Assembly: GCA_965216785.1 (NCBI GenBank)
Contig: OZ244197.1
Span: 2,560,001-2,624,000 of the forward strand
DNA from: Thermodesulfobacteriota bacterium
GTDB taxonomy: Bacteria > Desulfobacterota_D > UBA1144 > Nemesobacterales > UBA2774
Direction of reading: 5' to 3'
Length of the DNA: 64,000 bases
The notes beneath the pieces were generated by a model. It was given only the letters and a program-made list of their open reading frames with translations, was not told where the DNA came from and ran no database searches. This document shows, one piece after another, positions 22,910 to 32,491 of this stretch; the stretch's first letter is position 1; each line of letters opens with the position of its first letter. The position numbers were made by a program, and so were the translations under genes.

Positions 22910-23593
22910 ATGAGAAGAGTAAATAAGCCCGGGTACGGAACAGCTCTAATCCTTTTATTCCTATTTTCCTTTTTAACAATAGGCGGCTGCGACGTGGATT
23001 TTGGCGGCGGGGGTGACGACAACGGCGGTGGGGGCGGAGGTGGCAGCAGTGACCCCGAGATAGTCGAGGGAACAATAGTCGATATAATTCCTGATGAAGA
23101 TGTTCAAGGGATTATGGTAGTTATAACAAATGAAGATAATGTCGAATTCACAGATACCACAAATTCTGCCGGGTTTTTCAGCGTTAGCAGTTTATCACGC
23201 ACATTTGCAGGCACACCGACTCTAGAATTCCTAGACAGCAATTCTAATCAGCTGGGTATTACAAATTTAACGGTATTTCCGACCGCTAGAGTCGAGCTCG
23301 GCAATATAACCTTGGAAAACGGAACCATCTCATTTGCAGACCCCACCGAGGTGACATTCGAAGGGGACGTAATTACCAACAACTGTGTAACCAACTCAGG
23401 CTCGATAGAGGTGGAAGCAAAAAGGGAAGGTGTAACGACTGACGTAATTGTCCAGGTATCGACTTCAACAGACGTGCTCAGAGACAACGATGAGATACTC
23501 TGTGAAGATATACTAATCGGCCAGAGTGTTCAAGTAAGGGGTGAATTATTAATCGGGGACTCTGTAGACGCCGATTTTATAGATCTTCTGTAA
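22910..23593 (+). CDS. Acidic lipoprotein, possibly DUF5666-like beta domains
   Basis: Lipobox IGGC, poly-Gly linker, beta-rich acidic body. Confidence 0.6.
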   Translation: MRRVNKPGYGTALILLFLFSFLTIGGCDVDFGGGGDDNGGGGGGGSSDPEIVEGTIVDIIPDEDVQGIMVVITNEDNVEFTDTTNSAGFFSVSSLSRTFAGTPTLEFLDSNSNQLGITNLTVFPTARVELGNITLENGTISFADPTEVTFEGDVITNNCVTNSGSIEVEAKREGVTTDVIVQVSTSTDVLRDNDEILCEDILIGQSVQVRGELLIGDSVDADFIDLL

Positions 23594-23685
23594 AAATACA
23601 AGTAAGCCCATTTAACAAAAGACTTTTTGGCCGGATTACAAGCTATAAGTGGTTTAGAAATGTAAGTATAGGGGATGAAGCCTGC

Positions 23686-24285
23686 TTACTTATCGTCGTC
23701 CAAGGAATTAACCTTTTCTTCAAGCTCTTTAATTTTCTCCATAAGAAGCTCGACGTCTTTAGGAGACTCGGCAGACTCTTTCGCCCGTTTGCTTGAAGCT
23801 TCGAACATCTCTTTTAAATGCTTACCCATTTCGCTCTCTGACATGTTTTCTGAAGGCGATCCCTTACTATCGAAGTTCGGGGCCATTCCGGCTCCGGGCG
23901 GAAACCAGCCCATTTCGTGCCACATCCGCATATTCTTTTTAAAGTTGTCCTGAACTGAAAGGTATGGCTGGAACATCATCAAAAAATAATTTTCGAAAAA
24001 ATCTTTAGCAACTTTGTTGCCGTATTTTATTAGCATATGCAAAAAAGATACTGGGAGAATGTCTTCTTTGTTTTTTTCACTCTCGAGAATTACCTGTATC
24101 AGAATAACTTTGGAAATATCCGCGCCGCTCTGAGAATCAATTACCTTAACTTCGCTCCCGTTACGTATAAGCTCGGATATATCCTCTAAGGTAACATATC
24201 GTTTATTGGTGGAATCATAGAGCCTTCGGTTGCTGTACTTTTTAATTATTACCTGTCCCGAGCTCTCTTTTTCTTGCTTAGCCAT
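23686..24285 (-). CDS. phaR: PhaR-like polyhydroxyalkanoate synthesis regulator
   Basis: IIKKYSNRRLYDS...YVTLEDI DNA-binding domain. Confidence 0.85.
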   Translation of the reverse strand: MAKQEKESSGQVIIKKYSNRRLYDSTNKRYVTLEDISELIRNGSEVKVIDSQSGADISKVILIQVILESEKNKEDILPVSFLHMLIKYGNKVAKDFFENYFLMMFQPYLSVQDNFKKNMRMWHEMGWFPPGAGMAPNFDSKGSPSENMSESEMGKHLKEMFEASSKRAKESAESPKDVELLMEKIKELEEKVNSLDDDK

Positions 24286-24414
24286 AGCTATAATTATTCA
24301 AAGAAACGAGGTGGAGTCAAGAAAATGTTGGCTGGGAACTTGACAACTTACGTGAAAAAAAGGAATATTTAACAGGTTATAGTCATTATAATATTGTTTG
24401 AATAGGAGCGTTTC

Positions 24415-25371
24415 ATGTCCTCTAAGCCCTATAAAATTTGGTTCAACGGTCAGTTCGTATCCTGGGATGAAGCCCAGGTACACGTACTAACTCACACGCT
24501 GCATTATGGTCTTGCGGCATTTGAGGGTATAAGGGCTTATAAGTGCGACGACTCCAGATCCGCGGTATTCAGACTGCAGGACCACATTGACCGTTTGTAC
24601 GCATCTGCCCACATTGCGGAGATCGAAATTCCCTTTACAAAAGAAGAAGCTCTTCAGGCAACGCTCGAGCTGCTTCAGATAAACGAGCTTGTAGAGGCGT
24701 ACATCAGACCCATAGCGTATATTGGAGGAGGCAAGATCGGTCTCCACCCCGGTGACAACCCGATAGACCTTGTAATAGCAGCATACCCCTGGGGTACATA
24801 CCTGGGTGAAGGAGCGCTCTCAAAGGGTATAACGGCCAAGATTTCCTCTTTTACCAGAATGGGTGTTAACTCATTCATGACCAAAGCTAAAATAACGGGG
24901 AACTATGCAAACTCGGTTAAAGCAAAGCTCGAAGCAACGTCAATGGGGTTTGATGAGGCTATCCTTCTTGATAACGAAGGTTATGTCGCCGAGGGTACGG
25001 GGGAAAATATATTTATTGTCAGAAGAGGTGTTCTGAAGACTCCTCCCCTTACATCTGTTCTTGAGGGCATTACCAGAGACTCCGTTCTAAAGATAGCCAA
25101 AGACGAAGATATTGAAGTAGAGACAGAAAGGTTCACCCGAGATGAGCTCTATATAGCGGATGAAGCCTTTTTTACCGGCACCGCGGCCGAGATAACTCCC
25201 ATCAGAGAAGTAGACGGGCGACTTATCGGCACAGGGCAACCGGGCCCTGTTACAAAGAAGCTTCAGTCAAGGTTCTTCAATATAGTAGAAGGAAGGGACG
25301 CCAAGTTCCTTGACTGGCTTGAGTTCTTCGACACCGCTTCCCCGCTTAAAGTCAAGAATGAGTCTTTATAA
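24415..25371 (+). CDS. ilvE: Branched-chain amino acid aminotransferase
   Basis: LHYGLAAFEG, AKITGNY, EGTGENIF, LEGITR, GTAAEITP. Confidence 0.96.
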   Translation: MSSKPYKIWFNGQFVSWDEAQVHVLTHTLHYGLAAFEGIRAYKCDDSRSAVFRLQDHIDRLYASAHIAEIEIPFTKEEALQATLELLQINELVEAYIRPIAYIGGGKIGLHPGDNPIDLVIAAYPWGTYLGEGALSKGITAKISSFTRMGVNSFMTKAKITGNYANSVKAKLEATSMGFDEAILLDNEGYVAEGTGENIFIVRRGVLKTPPLTSVLEGITRDSVLKIAKDEDIEVETERFTRDELYIADEAFFTGTAAEITPIREVDGRLIGTGQPGPVTKKLQSRFFNIVEGRDAKFLDWLEFFDTASPLKVKNESL

Positions 25372-25380
25372 AGGACCCCC

Positions 25381-25833
25381 TTGAGTCTATATAAAGGGCA
25401 CTTAGCCGGCGGATCGTTCGCATTCCTTATTTACTTAGTTGTTCTTATTGTATTTTTCGCCTACAAACCCTCGTTTGAAGTACTTACGTGGTTCGGTCTA
25501 TGCATACTGGGCTCCATCTGGCCCGATGTAGATACGAACAGCATGGGCCAAAAGTTATTTTACGGGTTCTTTATAGTGCTCGACTTGGTATTTTTACTCT
25601 CGGGCCGATACAAAGAGGCCGCGGTACTTGGATTTTTCGCGCTCCTTCCGGTTGTGGCAAAGCACAGGGGATGGACACATTCTTTGTCGGCGGCATTCTT
25701 AATCCCCTCCCCTCTTTTAGTGCTACCTCTGATCAAGCCCGGTTTATCATTAGGAGGGCTTGAATACTACACCCCTGTAGTTGTTGGGTACTTGAGCCAC
25801 CTGATATTGGATAGGGAATTTAAACTTATTTAA
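25381..25833 (+). CDS. Membrane metal-dependent hydrolase (YdjM-like)
   Basis: N-terminal H, PDVD, HRGWTHS, SHLILD; TTG start. Confidence 0.8.
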   Translation: MSLYKGHLAGGSFAFLIYLVVLIVFFAYKPSFEVLTWFGLCILGSIWPDVDTNSMGQKLFYGFFIVLDLVFLLSGRYKEAAVLGFFALLPVVAKHRGWTHSLSAAFLIPSPLLVLPLIKPGLSLGGLEYYTPVVVGYLSHLILDREFKLI

Positions 25834-25836
25834 CGT

Positions 25837-27489
25837 TTATTTGATATCAATATCATAGGGCATAATGGTAAGTACTCTCTCTTTTGTAAGAGAGCTTAGG
25901 CTTTCAAAGAAAAGATCGAACATATAGGAAATCGATTTAGCGCGCATCAAGTCAGATATCCTGAAACCGCGCTTTTCAGATATGAATTTAACTTCCGCCC
26001 GGGATGAGTCGGAAATCCCCGACATGCTTACCGCGAGCTCAAATGCGTCCGTAATGCCCCCCAGCTCATCTACGAGCCCAAGCTCCTTAGCCTGATTGCC
26101 CGTCCACACTCTTCCGCCCGCGGCCTTCTCAGCTGAAGACATGCCCATACCCCTTTCTTGAGACACAGTCCCTACAAATTTCCCATAATACGACTTCATG
26201 ATCTCAAGCAGCTTTTCGTCCTCATCTTTTGAAAACCCCTTACTAAGAGAAAATATTAATGCCCGCTTAGCTTTTGATATCGAATCCACTCCGATTCCTA
26301 CTTTCTCGTAAAACCCGCTCAGATCGAATTTACCCGAGACAATACCGATCGACCCGGTAAGCGACATGGGATCAGCCACAACTCTGTCGGCGCCGAGCGC
26401 CAACATATAACCTCCCGAGGCTGCTACGTCGGACATTGAAAGAATTACCGGTTTTTTTTCGGATATCATCTTGAGCCTTTCCCTAAGAACATCGGACGCT
26501 ACCCCTGAACCCCCTGGCGAAAGCACCCTCAGAACAAGGGCTCTAATACTATTGTCATGCTCCACTCGTTTGAGCATATCCACGACAGAGCCCGAGCCTA
26601 TTGTTCTAGCCATTCCGCTTGTTCTGCTGCGGCCACTAGTTATTATTCCGTTTACAGATACGACCGCTACAACATTTTGTTTACGAATGAGCCGCTTGGT
26701 AATAGACTTCAGAGAATTACGTAAATTCATAAAGCTGATCAGATTCGACGCGTTTAAGGCTTTTACCTTAAAACCGCAGTCCTGCTCTATTAAATCCGGA
26801 ATCTCCGCGTCATATGCTACCCCGTTCACAAGAGCGCTCTCATACGCTCCCTCAGCGGTATAAGGCCCTTGGTTGATAAGTCTTCTAACCTCCTTAGCAC
26901 CAAGCCGCCTGCTTTCGGAAATAGACCGCTCCAGCTGCTCTTCGAGGTCCGTCATTAGAGAATCCATCATCTCTCTATGAGGCTCTGACATGGAGTCTCT
27001 GGTAAATTTCTCCGCAGCGCTCTTATACACCCCAAGACCCTTCATATGCGCTTTCACTCCAAGCTTCGATAGCGCCTGGGCGTAGAACGTTACCTCGGCT
27101 TTTAAACCAACCAGATTCAGCATCCCCCAGGGTGGCATATATATATAGTCAGCTGAAGAGGCGATTAGGTACTCGACGTTCCCTCCGCTCTCCAGATAGA
27201 CGACTACGCGCTTACCCCCTTCCCTGAGAGCCAGAAGTCTTTTTCTAATCCCGTTTGCCCGTCCAAGCCCTATGCCAAGATTGGAAAGCTTTACTAATAC
27301 CCCCGATATGCCCGGATGGCTTTGAGCGTAAGACAGCACCCTCTCAATTTCCCACTGGGTTAACTTTCTTCTTCCTCCGGTAAACGGGATGAATGATTTT
27401 TCAATCTCCTCAGGTATCTCTCCCGTAAGCTCCATCTGCACAAAGTTATAGTGAAGCAAAAAAACGGGGTTTTTATTTGAATTACTCAT
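25837..27489 (-). CDS. sppA: Signal peptide peptidase SppA (67K type)
   Basis: GVYKSAAE, SPGGS, AASGGY, TGSIG, GRVWTG. Confidence 0.92.
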   Translation of the reverse strand: MSNSNKNPVFLLHYNFVQMELTGEIPEEIEKSFIPFTGGRRKLTQWEIERVLSYAQSHPGISGVLVKLSNLGIGLGRANGIRKRLLALREGGKRVVVYLESGGNVEYLIASSADYIYMPPWGMLNLVGLKAEVTFYAQALSKLGVKAHMKGLGVYKSAAEKFTRDSMSEPHREMMDSLMTDLEEQLERSISESRRLGAKEVRRLINQGPYTAEGAYESALVNGVAYDAEIPDLIEQDCGFKVKALNASNLISFMNLRNSLKSITKRLIRKQNVVAVVSVNGIITSGRSRTSGMARTIGSGSVVDMLKRVEHDNSIRALVLRVLSPGGSGVASDVLRERLKMISEKKPVILSMSDVAASGGYMLALGADRVVADPMSLTGSIGIVSGKFDLSGFYEKVGIGVDSISKAKRALIFSLSKGFSKDEDEKLLEIMKSYYGKFVGTVSQERGMGMSSAEKAAGGRVWTGNQAKELGLVDELGGITDAFELAVSMSGISDSSRAEVKFISEKRGFRISDLMRAKSISYMFDLFFESLSSLTKERVLTIMPYDIDIK

Positions 27490-27502
27490 AGTGCCGGTTC
27501 CT

Positions 27503-27527
27503 CAGGCAGGCAACCTGCCTTTTTTTT
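27503..27527 (+). terminator. Hairpin plus U-tract on the + strand between sppA and pepA
   Basis: AGGCAGG-CAA-CCTGCCT followed by a T run. Confidence 0.55.
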
Positions 27528-27548
27528 CGCTAAAAGAATACCTAACCT

Positions 27549-29021
27549 CTATTTGCCCAGTATATATTCTATGATTGTCCCCACCCCGAACCCAGTACCG
27601 CCGACTTTGCGCAAACTGCTCTTTTTTTCAGAGTAAGCGGGCCCGGCGATATCTATATGGACCCAAGGGACGTTTGATACAAACTGCTCTAATAACATTG
27701 CCGCAATTATCGCTCCGCCCATCCTGCTCCCCGCGTTTTTCATATCAGCTACACTGCTCTTTATCTCTTCACGGAGCTCATCATCCATTGGCAGCTGCCA
27801 CATCTTCTCCCCCGCCCTCTCTGCCGCACTTAGTATCTTTTGAGCAAGATTCTGATCATTACCCATCACCCCGGCAGTGTAACTGCCGAGACCTACCATG
27901 CAGGCCCCGGTAAGCGTTGCCAGGTCCACAATCTCGTCCACCCCAAGCTTCACTGCGTAAGAAAGAGCGTCTGAAAGCACGATCCTCCCCTCAGCGTCTG
28001 TATTTATTACCTCAATAGTCTTACCATTATAAGCCGTTATCACATCATCAGGCTTATACGCCTTAGAGCCGGTCATATTCTCACTTGCTGAGATAAGACC
28101 GTGCACTCTGACCGAGGGTAAAAGCTCTGGCAGAGCTTTCATTACAGCGAGCACAACTGCCGAGCCCGCCATATCCATTTTCATAGTCCTCATGCTGTCG
28201 GCAGGCTTTAGACAAAGCCCTCCTGAGTCAAAGGTTATACCTTTCCCGACTATCGCTATTGTTTTTTTTGGTTTTCGTTTCGGCTCATATGTGAGGTGTA
28301 TAAACCTCGGCGGCACATCGCTTCCGCGTGAGACCGCCTCGATCCCACCCATTCCTCTTTTTTCAATCTCAGCCCTGTCAAAGATCTCACATTCTAGACC
28401 ACCTTCATCCGCAATCTCTTGTGCAACTTCGGCAAGTTTTTCCGGAGTCACATACACAGGAGGCTCGTTAACCAGATCACGCGCTAATTTTGTTGAATCT
28501 GAAATAACCTTTGATAAATGAACCTCTTGTTTTAATGTATTTTGCTTTAATTTTCTTGAGACAAGCTGGATTTTCTTAAATTTCTTTTTCTGTTTAGAGT
28601 CAGTCTTATATTTATTAAATTCGTATCCCCCCTCCATAATACCTTGTATCAAGGCCGAGACACCGCCTGGTATTTGAGAGAACTCAGAGCTAAACGCAAG
28701 CTCTTCGGTATTCCCCCACAGCTGCCCCGCTGTAAGTATTCCAGCTTTTTTAATTGTGTTTCGCGTGAAATCAGACTTTGGACCTAGGCCAATGAGCAAA
28801 ACCTTTTCAGCTCCGATCTTGCCGAATGTCGCATTTATAGTTACCGAGTCACCCTCCGAACCGTCAAAGTCACTGTCCTCGGATACACTCCTTAGCGCTC
28901 CACCCAACTTACTGTTTACATCTTTTAGTGCTCCAGAATACTTTTCCTTTTTAAAAACCCCGATAACAAGCACATTTGTCTTCAGGCTTAATATATTTTT
29001 ATCAATTTTGATTATCTCCAA
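27549..29021 (-). CDS. pepA: Leucyl aminopeptidase (M17)
   Basis: VGKGITFDSGG, MKMDMAG, NTDAEGR, ATLTGA; TTG start after AAGGAGG. Confidence 0.96.
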   Translation of the reverse strand: MEIIKIDKNILSLKTNVLVIGVFKKEKYSGALKDVNSKLGGALRSVSEDSDFDGSEGDSVTINATFGKIGAEKVLLIGLGPKSDFTRNTIKKAGILTAGQLWGNTEELAFSSEFSQIPGGVSALIQGIMEGGYEFNKYKTDSKQKKKFKKIQLVSRKLKQNTLKQEVHLSKVISDSTKLARDLVNEPPVYVTPEKLAEVAQEIADEGGLECEIFDRAEIEKRGMGGIEAVSRGSDVPPRFIHLTYEPKRKPKKTIAIVGKGITFDSGGLCLKPADSMRTMKMDMAGSAVVLAVMKALPELLPSVRVHGLISASENMTGSKAYKPDDVITAYNGKTIEVINTDAEGRIVLSDALSYAVKLGVDEIVDLATLTGACMVGLGSYTAGVMGNDQNLAQKILSAAERAGEKMWQLPMDDELREEIKSSVADMKNAGSRMGGAIIAAMLLEQFVSNVPWVHIDIAGPAYSEKKSSLRKVGGTGFGVGTIIEYILGK

Positions 29022-29296
29022 TACACTTTCCTCCTTTAGTTTTATTGGGTAGAATAAATAGCATACCACATTTACATAAAACAAAATTATTTGAATTTGC
29101 GTAATATTAGTGGAAAAAAGAATGATAATCAGGTATACATATTACAACTCTAATAGATAATAAAGCCTCATGTAAGTTATTTATTATTCCTGACTATCAG
29201 ATAAAAATAGAATGTAGTCAACTTTGAACCACGTATATACGAAAAGTAATATGTAATTTACACATAGGCTAATACATTGACAAGGAGGGAATATTT

Positions 29297-29575
29297 ATGG
29301 GTTGCCCATATAAAGCCATAGCAGATGACACCAGAAGAAAGATTCTGGAGTTTTTAAGTCAAGGTGAAACTGCGGCAGGAGAAATCGCTGGCAAGTTTGA
29401 GATTTCAAAACCCGCAATTTCCAATCATCTCAAAATCCTTAAGGAAGCCGATATAGTAAATGAGCGTAAAGTAAGACAAAACAGGCTTTATTCACTAAAC
29501 GGTGAGAAGATCGAGAACATGAAGTACTATCTCGAATCCTTAACGGAAAGCAGAAATAGTTCTATGAGATCTTAA
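29297..29575 (+). CDS. ArsR/SmtB (SdpR-like) transcriptional regulator
   Basis: KAIADDTRRKIL, AGEIA..F.ISKPAISNHLKIL; AGGAGG RBS. Confidence 0.9.
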   Translation: MGCPYKAIADDTRRKILEFLSQGETAAGEIAGKFEISKPAISNHLKILKEADIVNERKVRQNRLYSLNGEKIENMKYYLESLTESRNSSMRS

Positions 29576-29648
29576 TAACTTTTCTAACTTCGATTACATA
29601 AGGATTGATATAGAAAAATAAGAACTGTAGAATCTATAAGTGTTCAAC

Positions 29649-29687
29649 AAGCCGCGCTGGTCTATAAAGACTAGTCGCGGCTTTTTT
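29649..29687 (+). terminator. Rho-independent terminator
   Basis: AAGCCGCG-CTGGTC-TATAAA-GACTAGT-CGCGGCTTTTTT. Confidence 0.75.
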
Positions 29688-29793
29688 AATATAAAGAATC
29701 TATTCTCCAAACCATCGGCTATACTTTTTACGTATATAGATAAACGAAGCGTAGCTTGGCCTCAACGTTATCACAAATTTTCGGTGTCCTGAC

Positions 29794-30855
29794 ATGTCAA
29801 GAGTAATCTCTGTAGGTACTGCTGAAGTTCCCTATCTTTTCAGTCAAAAAGATATAAAAGAATACGTATATAAGCTCTTCTCCGGCAACGGCCATATGAT
29901 TGACAGAATCATCGGTGTATTCGATAACTCCGGCATAGAGTACCGCCATTTCGCCCACCTCCCCGAGTGGTTCGACAAACCAAAGGGATTTATAGAAAGA
30001 TCCGACTCTTTTCTAAGGAATTCCATTGCGCTCTCAAAATCAGCCATTTCCGATTGCCTGCAGGAATCCGGCGCCGATTATTCAGACTTTGACCATATCA
30101 TATTTATATCTAGCACAGGAGTTACCACCCCCACGGTCGACGCGCACCTCGTAAACGATCTAAAGCTCGACAGACACATGAAAAGGACCCCTCTGTGGGG
30201 TCTTGGCTGCGTAGGAGGAGCCACCGGGCTCAGCCGAGCTCTTGAATACACCGCCGCGCACCCACAAAGCGCCGTCATGGTCGTTTGTGTAGAGCTTTGC
30301 AGCTTGGCGTTTCAGAAAGAAGACCATTCGAAAAGCAACATTGTATCGCTTGCCCTTTTTTCAGACGGAGCCGCGGCCTGTCTCGTCGCGGGAAGCGCTC
30401 ACAAGCTGTATTCAAAATCACATTTTAATCTTCTGGGCTCTCATACAACTACCTACGACGACTCCCTTGACGTAATGGGCTGGGAAATTGTGGAAAACGG
30501 ATTTAAAGCCATTTTCAGTAAGGACATCCCAACTATTGTAAGAGACAAGGTAAGTCCGAACGTGCTTGAGATTCTCAAGGCTCACCGGCTTTCCCCAGAT
30601 GAGCTGAAACATTTTATACTGCACCCCGGAGGCCCAAAAGTATTAAAAGCGTATGAGGAGTCGCTTGGACGGAACGAAGGCTCATTTAAGTATTCCCGGA
30701 ACGTGCTAAGAGAGCACGGCAACATGTCATCCCCAACCGTCCTGTACGTGCTTAAGGAATTTCTAAAGAAAGGAGATTACAAAACGGGTGATTACGGCAT
30801 CGTCTCGGCCCTGGGGCCGGGATTCACTTCAGAGTTACTAATGATTCGCACTTAA
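29794..30855 (+). CDS. Type III polyketide synthase (BpsA/SrsA-like)
   Basis: GLGCVGG catalytic Cys, HPGG His, GNMSS Asn, LGPGF. Confidence 0.93.
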   Translation: MSRVISVGTAEVPYLFSQKDIKEYVYKLFSGNGHMIDRIIGVFDNSGIEYRHFAHLPEWFDKPKGFIERSDSFLRNSIALSKSAISDCLQESGADYSDFDHIIFISSTGVTTPTVDAHLVNDLKLDRHMKRTPLWGLGCVGGATGLSRALEYTAAHPQSAVMVVCVELCSLAFQKEDHSKSNIVSLALFSDGAAACLVAGSAHKLYSKSHFNLLGSHTTTYDDSLDVMGWEIVENGFKAIFSKDIPTIVRDKVSPNVLEILKAHRLSPDELKHFILHPGGPKVLKAYEESLGRNEGSFKYSRNVLREHGNMSSPTVLYVLKEFLKKGDYKTGDYGIVSALGPGFTSELLMIRT

Positions 30856-30891
30856 TGTGAAAATCCCTTAATTTCCTTTACTCTATACTCG

Positions 30892-31410
30892 ATGTTATTC
30901 TGGACTCTAATCGTCATTTTAGCCATCCAGCGCGTAAGCGAGCTACTGATTGCCCGCCGTAACGAGCGAACAGTACTTAGTGAAGGCGCCGTTGAATATG
31001 ACAGGAAAGGCTATAAGGTTATAGTGGCTATGCACGCCGCCTTTTTCCTCTCATTCATAGCTGAGTACTATCTTCTGGGGAAAAGCTTAAATATGCTCTG
31101 GCCGCTCTTACTCACCATCATTGTACTTGCAGAATCTCTCAGATACTGGGCGATCACAAGCCTGGGCAAATACTGGAATACGAAGATCTTGGTAATCCCG
31201 GGCTCACAGCTCATTTCAAAAGGGCCTTATAAATACATACGTCATCCAAATTACCTGGCGGTAGTGATTGAGATAGCGGTAATCCCCCTCATCTTTTCCT
31301 GCTACGTAACCTCGGCGCTTTTCACTCTACTGAATCTTATTGTTCTCAGGAGAAGAATAAAGATAGAGGAGAGCGCTTTAACCCTGGAATCTCAAAAAAG
31401 AAATCTATAA
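30892..31410 (+). CDS. Isoprenylcysteine carboxyl methyltransferase family (BpsB/SrsB-like)
   Basis: QRVSEL, GPYKYIRHPNY, RIKIEE; adjacent to the type III PKS. Confidence 0.9.
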   Translation: MLFWTLIVILAIQRVSELLIARRNERTVLSEGAVEYDRKGYKVIVAMHAAFFLSFIAEYYLLGKSLNMLWPLLLTIIVLAESLRYWAITSLGKYWNTKILVIPGSQLISKGPYKYIRHPNYLAVVIEIAVIPLIFSCYVTSALFTLLNLIVLRRRIKIEESALTLESQKRNL

Positions 31411-31933
31411 ACCCAAATCCCATCCATAGCAATTACACAAAATTAGGACAAGCACAACTGTATTTACTAGATAATCAAGTCTATATATATATTACCTCTT
31501 CAATATTTATAATATAGAATTTTAGCTATCTAGCTATAACGGATGTTACAGGTTTTATAATGATTATATGTGCTCTATATAACAATTATAAGCAATATAA
31601 TGTAGCTTTCTTTAAGTTTATATACCAATTTGAGAGAAAGCTTTAACTATGGGTTTTTATTGATTACAGTATGTTAAAGAAGCTATATATAGATTCTCTT
31701 TAATAACTTTTTATTCCGATTTTCCAACTTAAAGTAAACGAAAAATACTTCACGTTCGATATGAGCACTCTTTAATATCACGTTATATAGACAGGTTACG
31801 GCATATACATCATGTTATACTTCACATATTCCCCCTCCACATTTGCAAAAGTTAAAGTAAAGCTGAACTAACAATCAGAGGGGTTTAATAAACGGTTTCC
31901 TTCTTGCTATACGGACTCCCGGGTCTTGATTAT

Positions 31934-31948
31934 TACTTCCAAAAAGTA
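31934..31948. promoter_or_regulatory. TACT-N7-AGTA operator in the doxX promoter
   Basis: TACTTCCAAAAAGTA between TTGATT (31926) and TATTAT (31950). Confidence 0.6.
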
Positions 31949-31996
31949 GTATTATTCTTAATACCTTTATAGAGACTTCATAGGAGGAAATAACCC

Positions 31997-32431
31997 ATGG
32001 GATCAATACTCAAAACAGATCAAGATTTTGCGGTATTCGTTGCGAGAATAGTAATCGGTTTTGTCATGCTCCCGCACGGACTTCAGAAGCTTCTAGGTAT
32101 GTTCGGCGGTGCCGGTTTTGCTGGAACTGTGGACTTCTTCGTAGGAAGCGGCATACCTTACATTGTAGCGGTATTGATAATACTCGGCGAGTCTTTAGGG
32201 GCCATAGGTCTAATTCTCGGATTCCTAAGCCGTTTATGCGCCGCGGGGATCGCTATAATCATGCTCGGCGCGATCTTTATGGTTCACTTGCAGAACGGTT
32301 TCTTTATGAACTGGTTCGGCAGTAACACAGGCGAGGGTTACGAATACCACATACTAGCCGTAGGTCTTGCTCTAGTAGTGTTAATCAAGGGCGGCGGCAA
32401 ATGGTCCATAGACGGCGCGATCAGCGGATAG
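31997..32431 (+). CDS. DoxX family membrane protein (CatD-like)
   Basis: HGLQKL, VHLQNGFFMNW, GYEYH, GGGKWSID. Confidence 0.92.
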   Translation: MGSILKTDQDFAVFVARIVIGFVMLPHGLQKLLGMFGGAGFAGTVDFFVGSGIPYIVAVLIILGESLGAIGLILGFLSRLCAAGIAIIMLGAIFMVHLQNGFFMNWFGSNTGEGYEYHILAVGLALVVLIKGGGKWSIDGAISG

Positions 32432-32491
32432 GTATAAAGTAATTTCGCTCCGCCATGAATCATATGCCCCTATTTCCGATCTAATATAGCG

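Noticed and set aside
31411-31920. AT-rich 500-bp gap as oriC, ncRNA or hidden gene
   Set aside because: No DnaA boxes, repeats or stable structure seen; open frames lack credible starts
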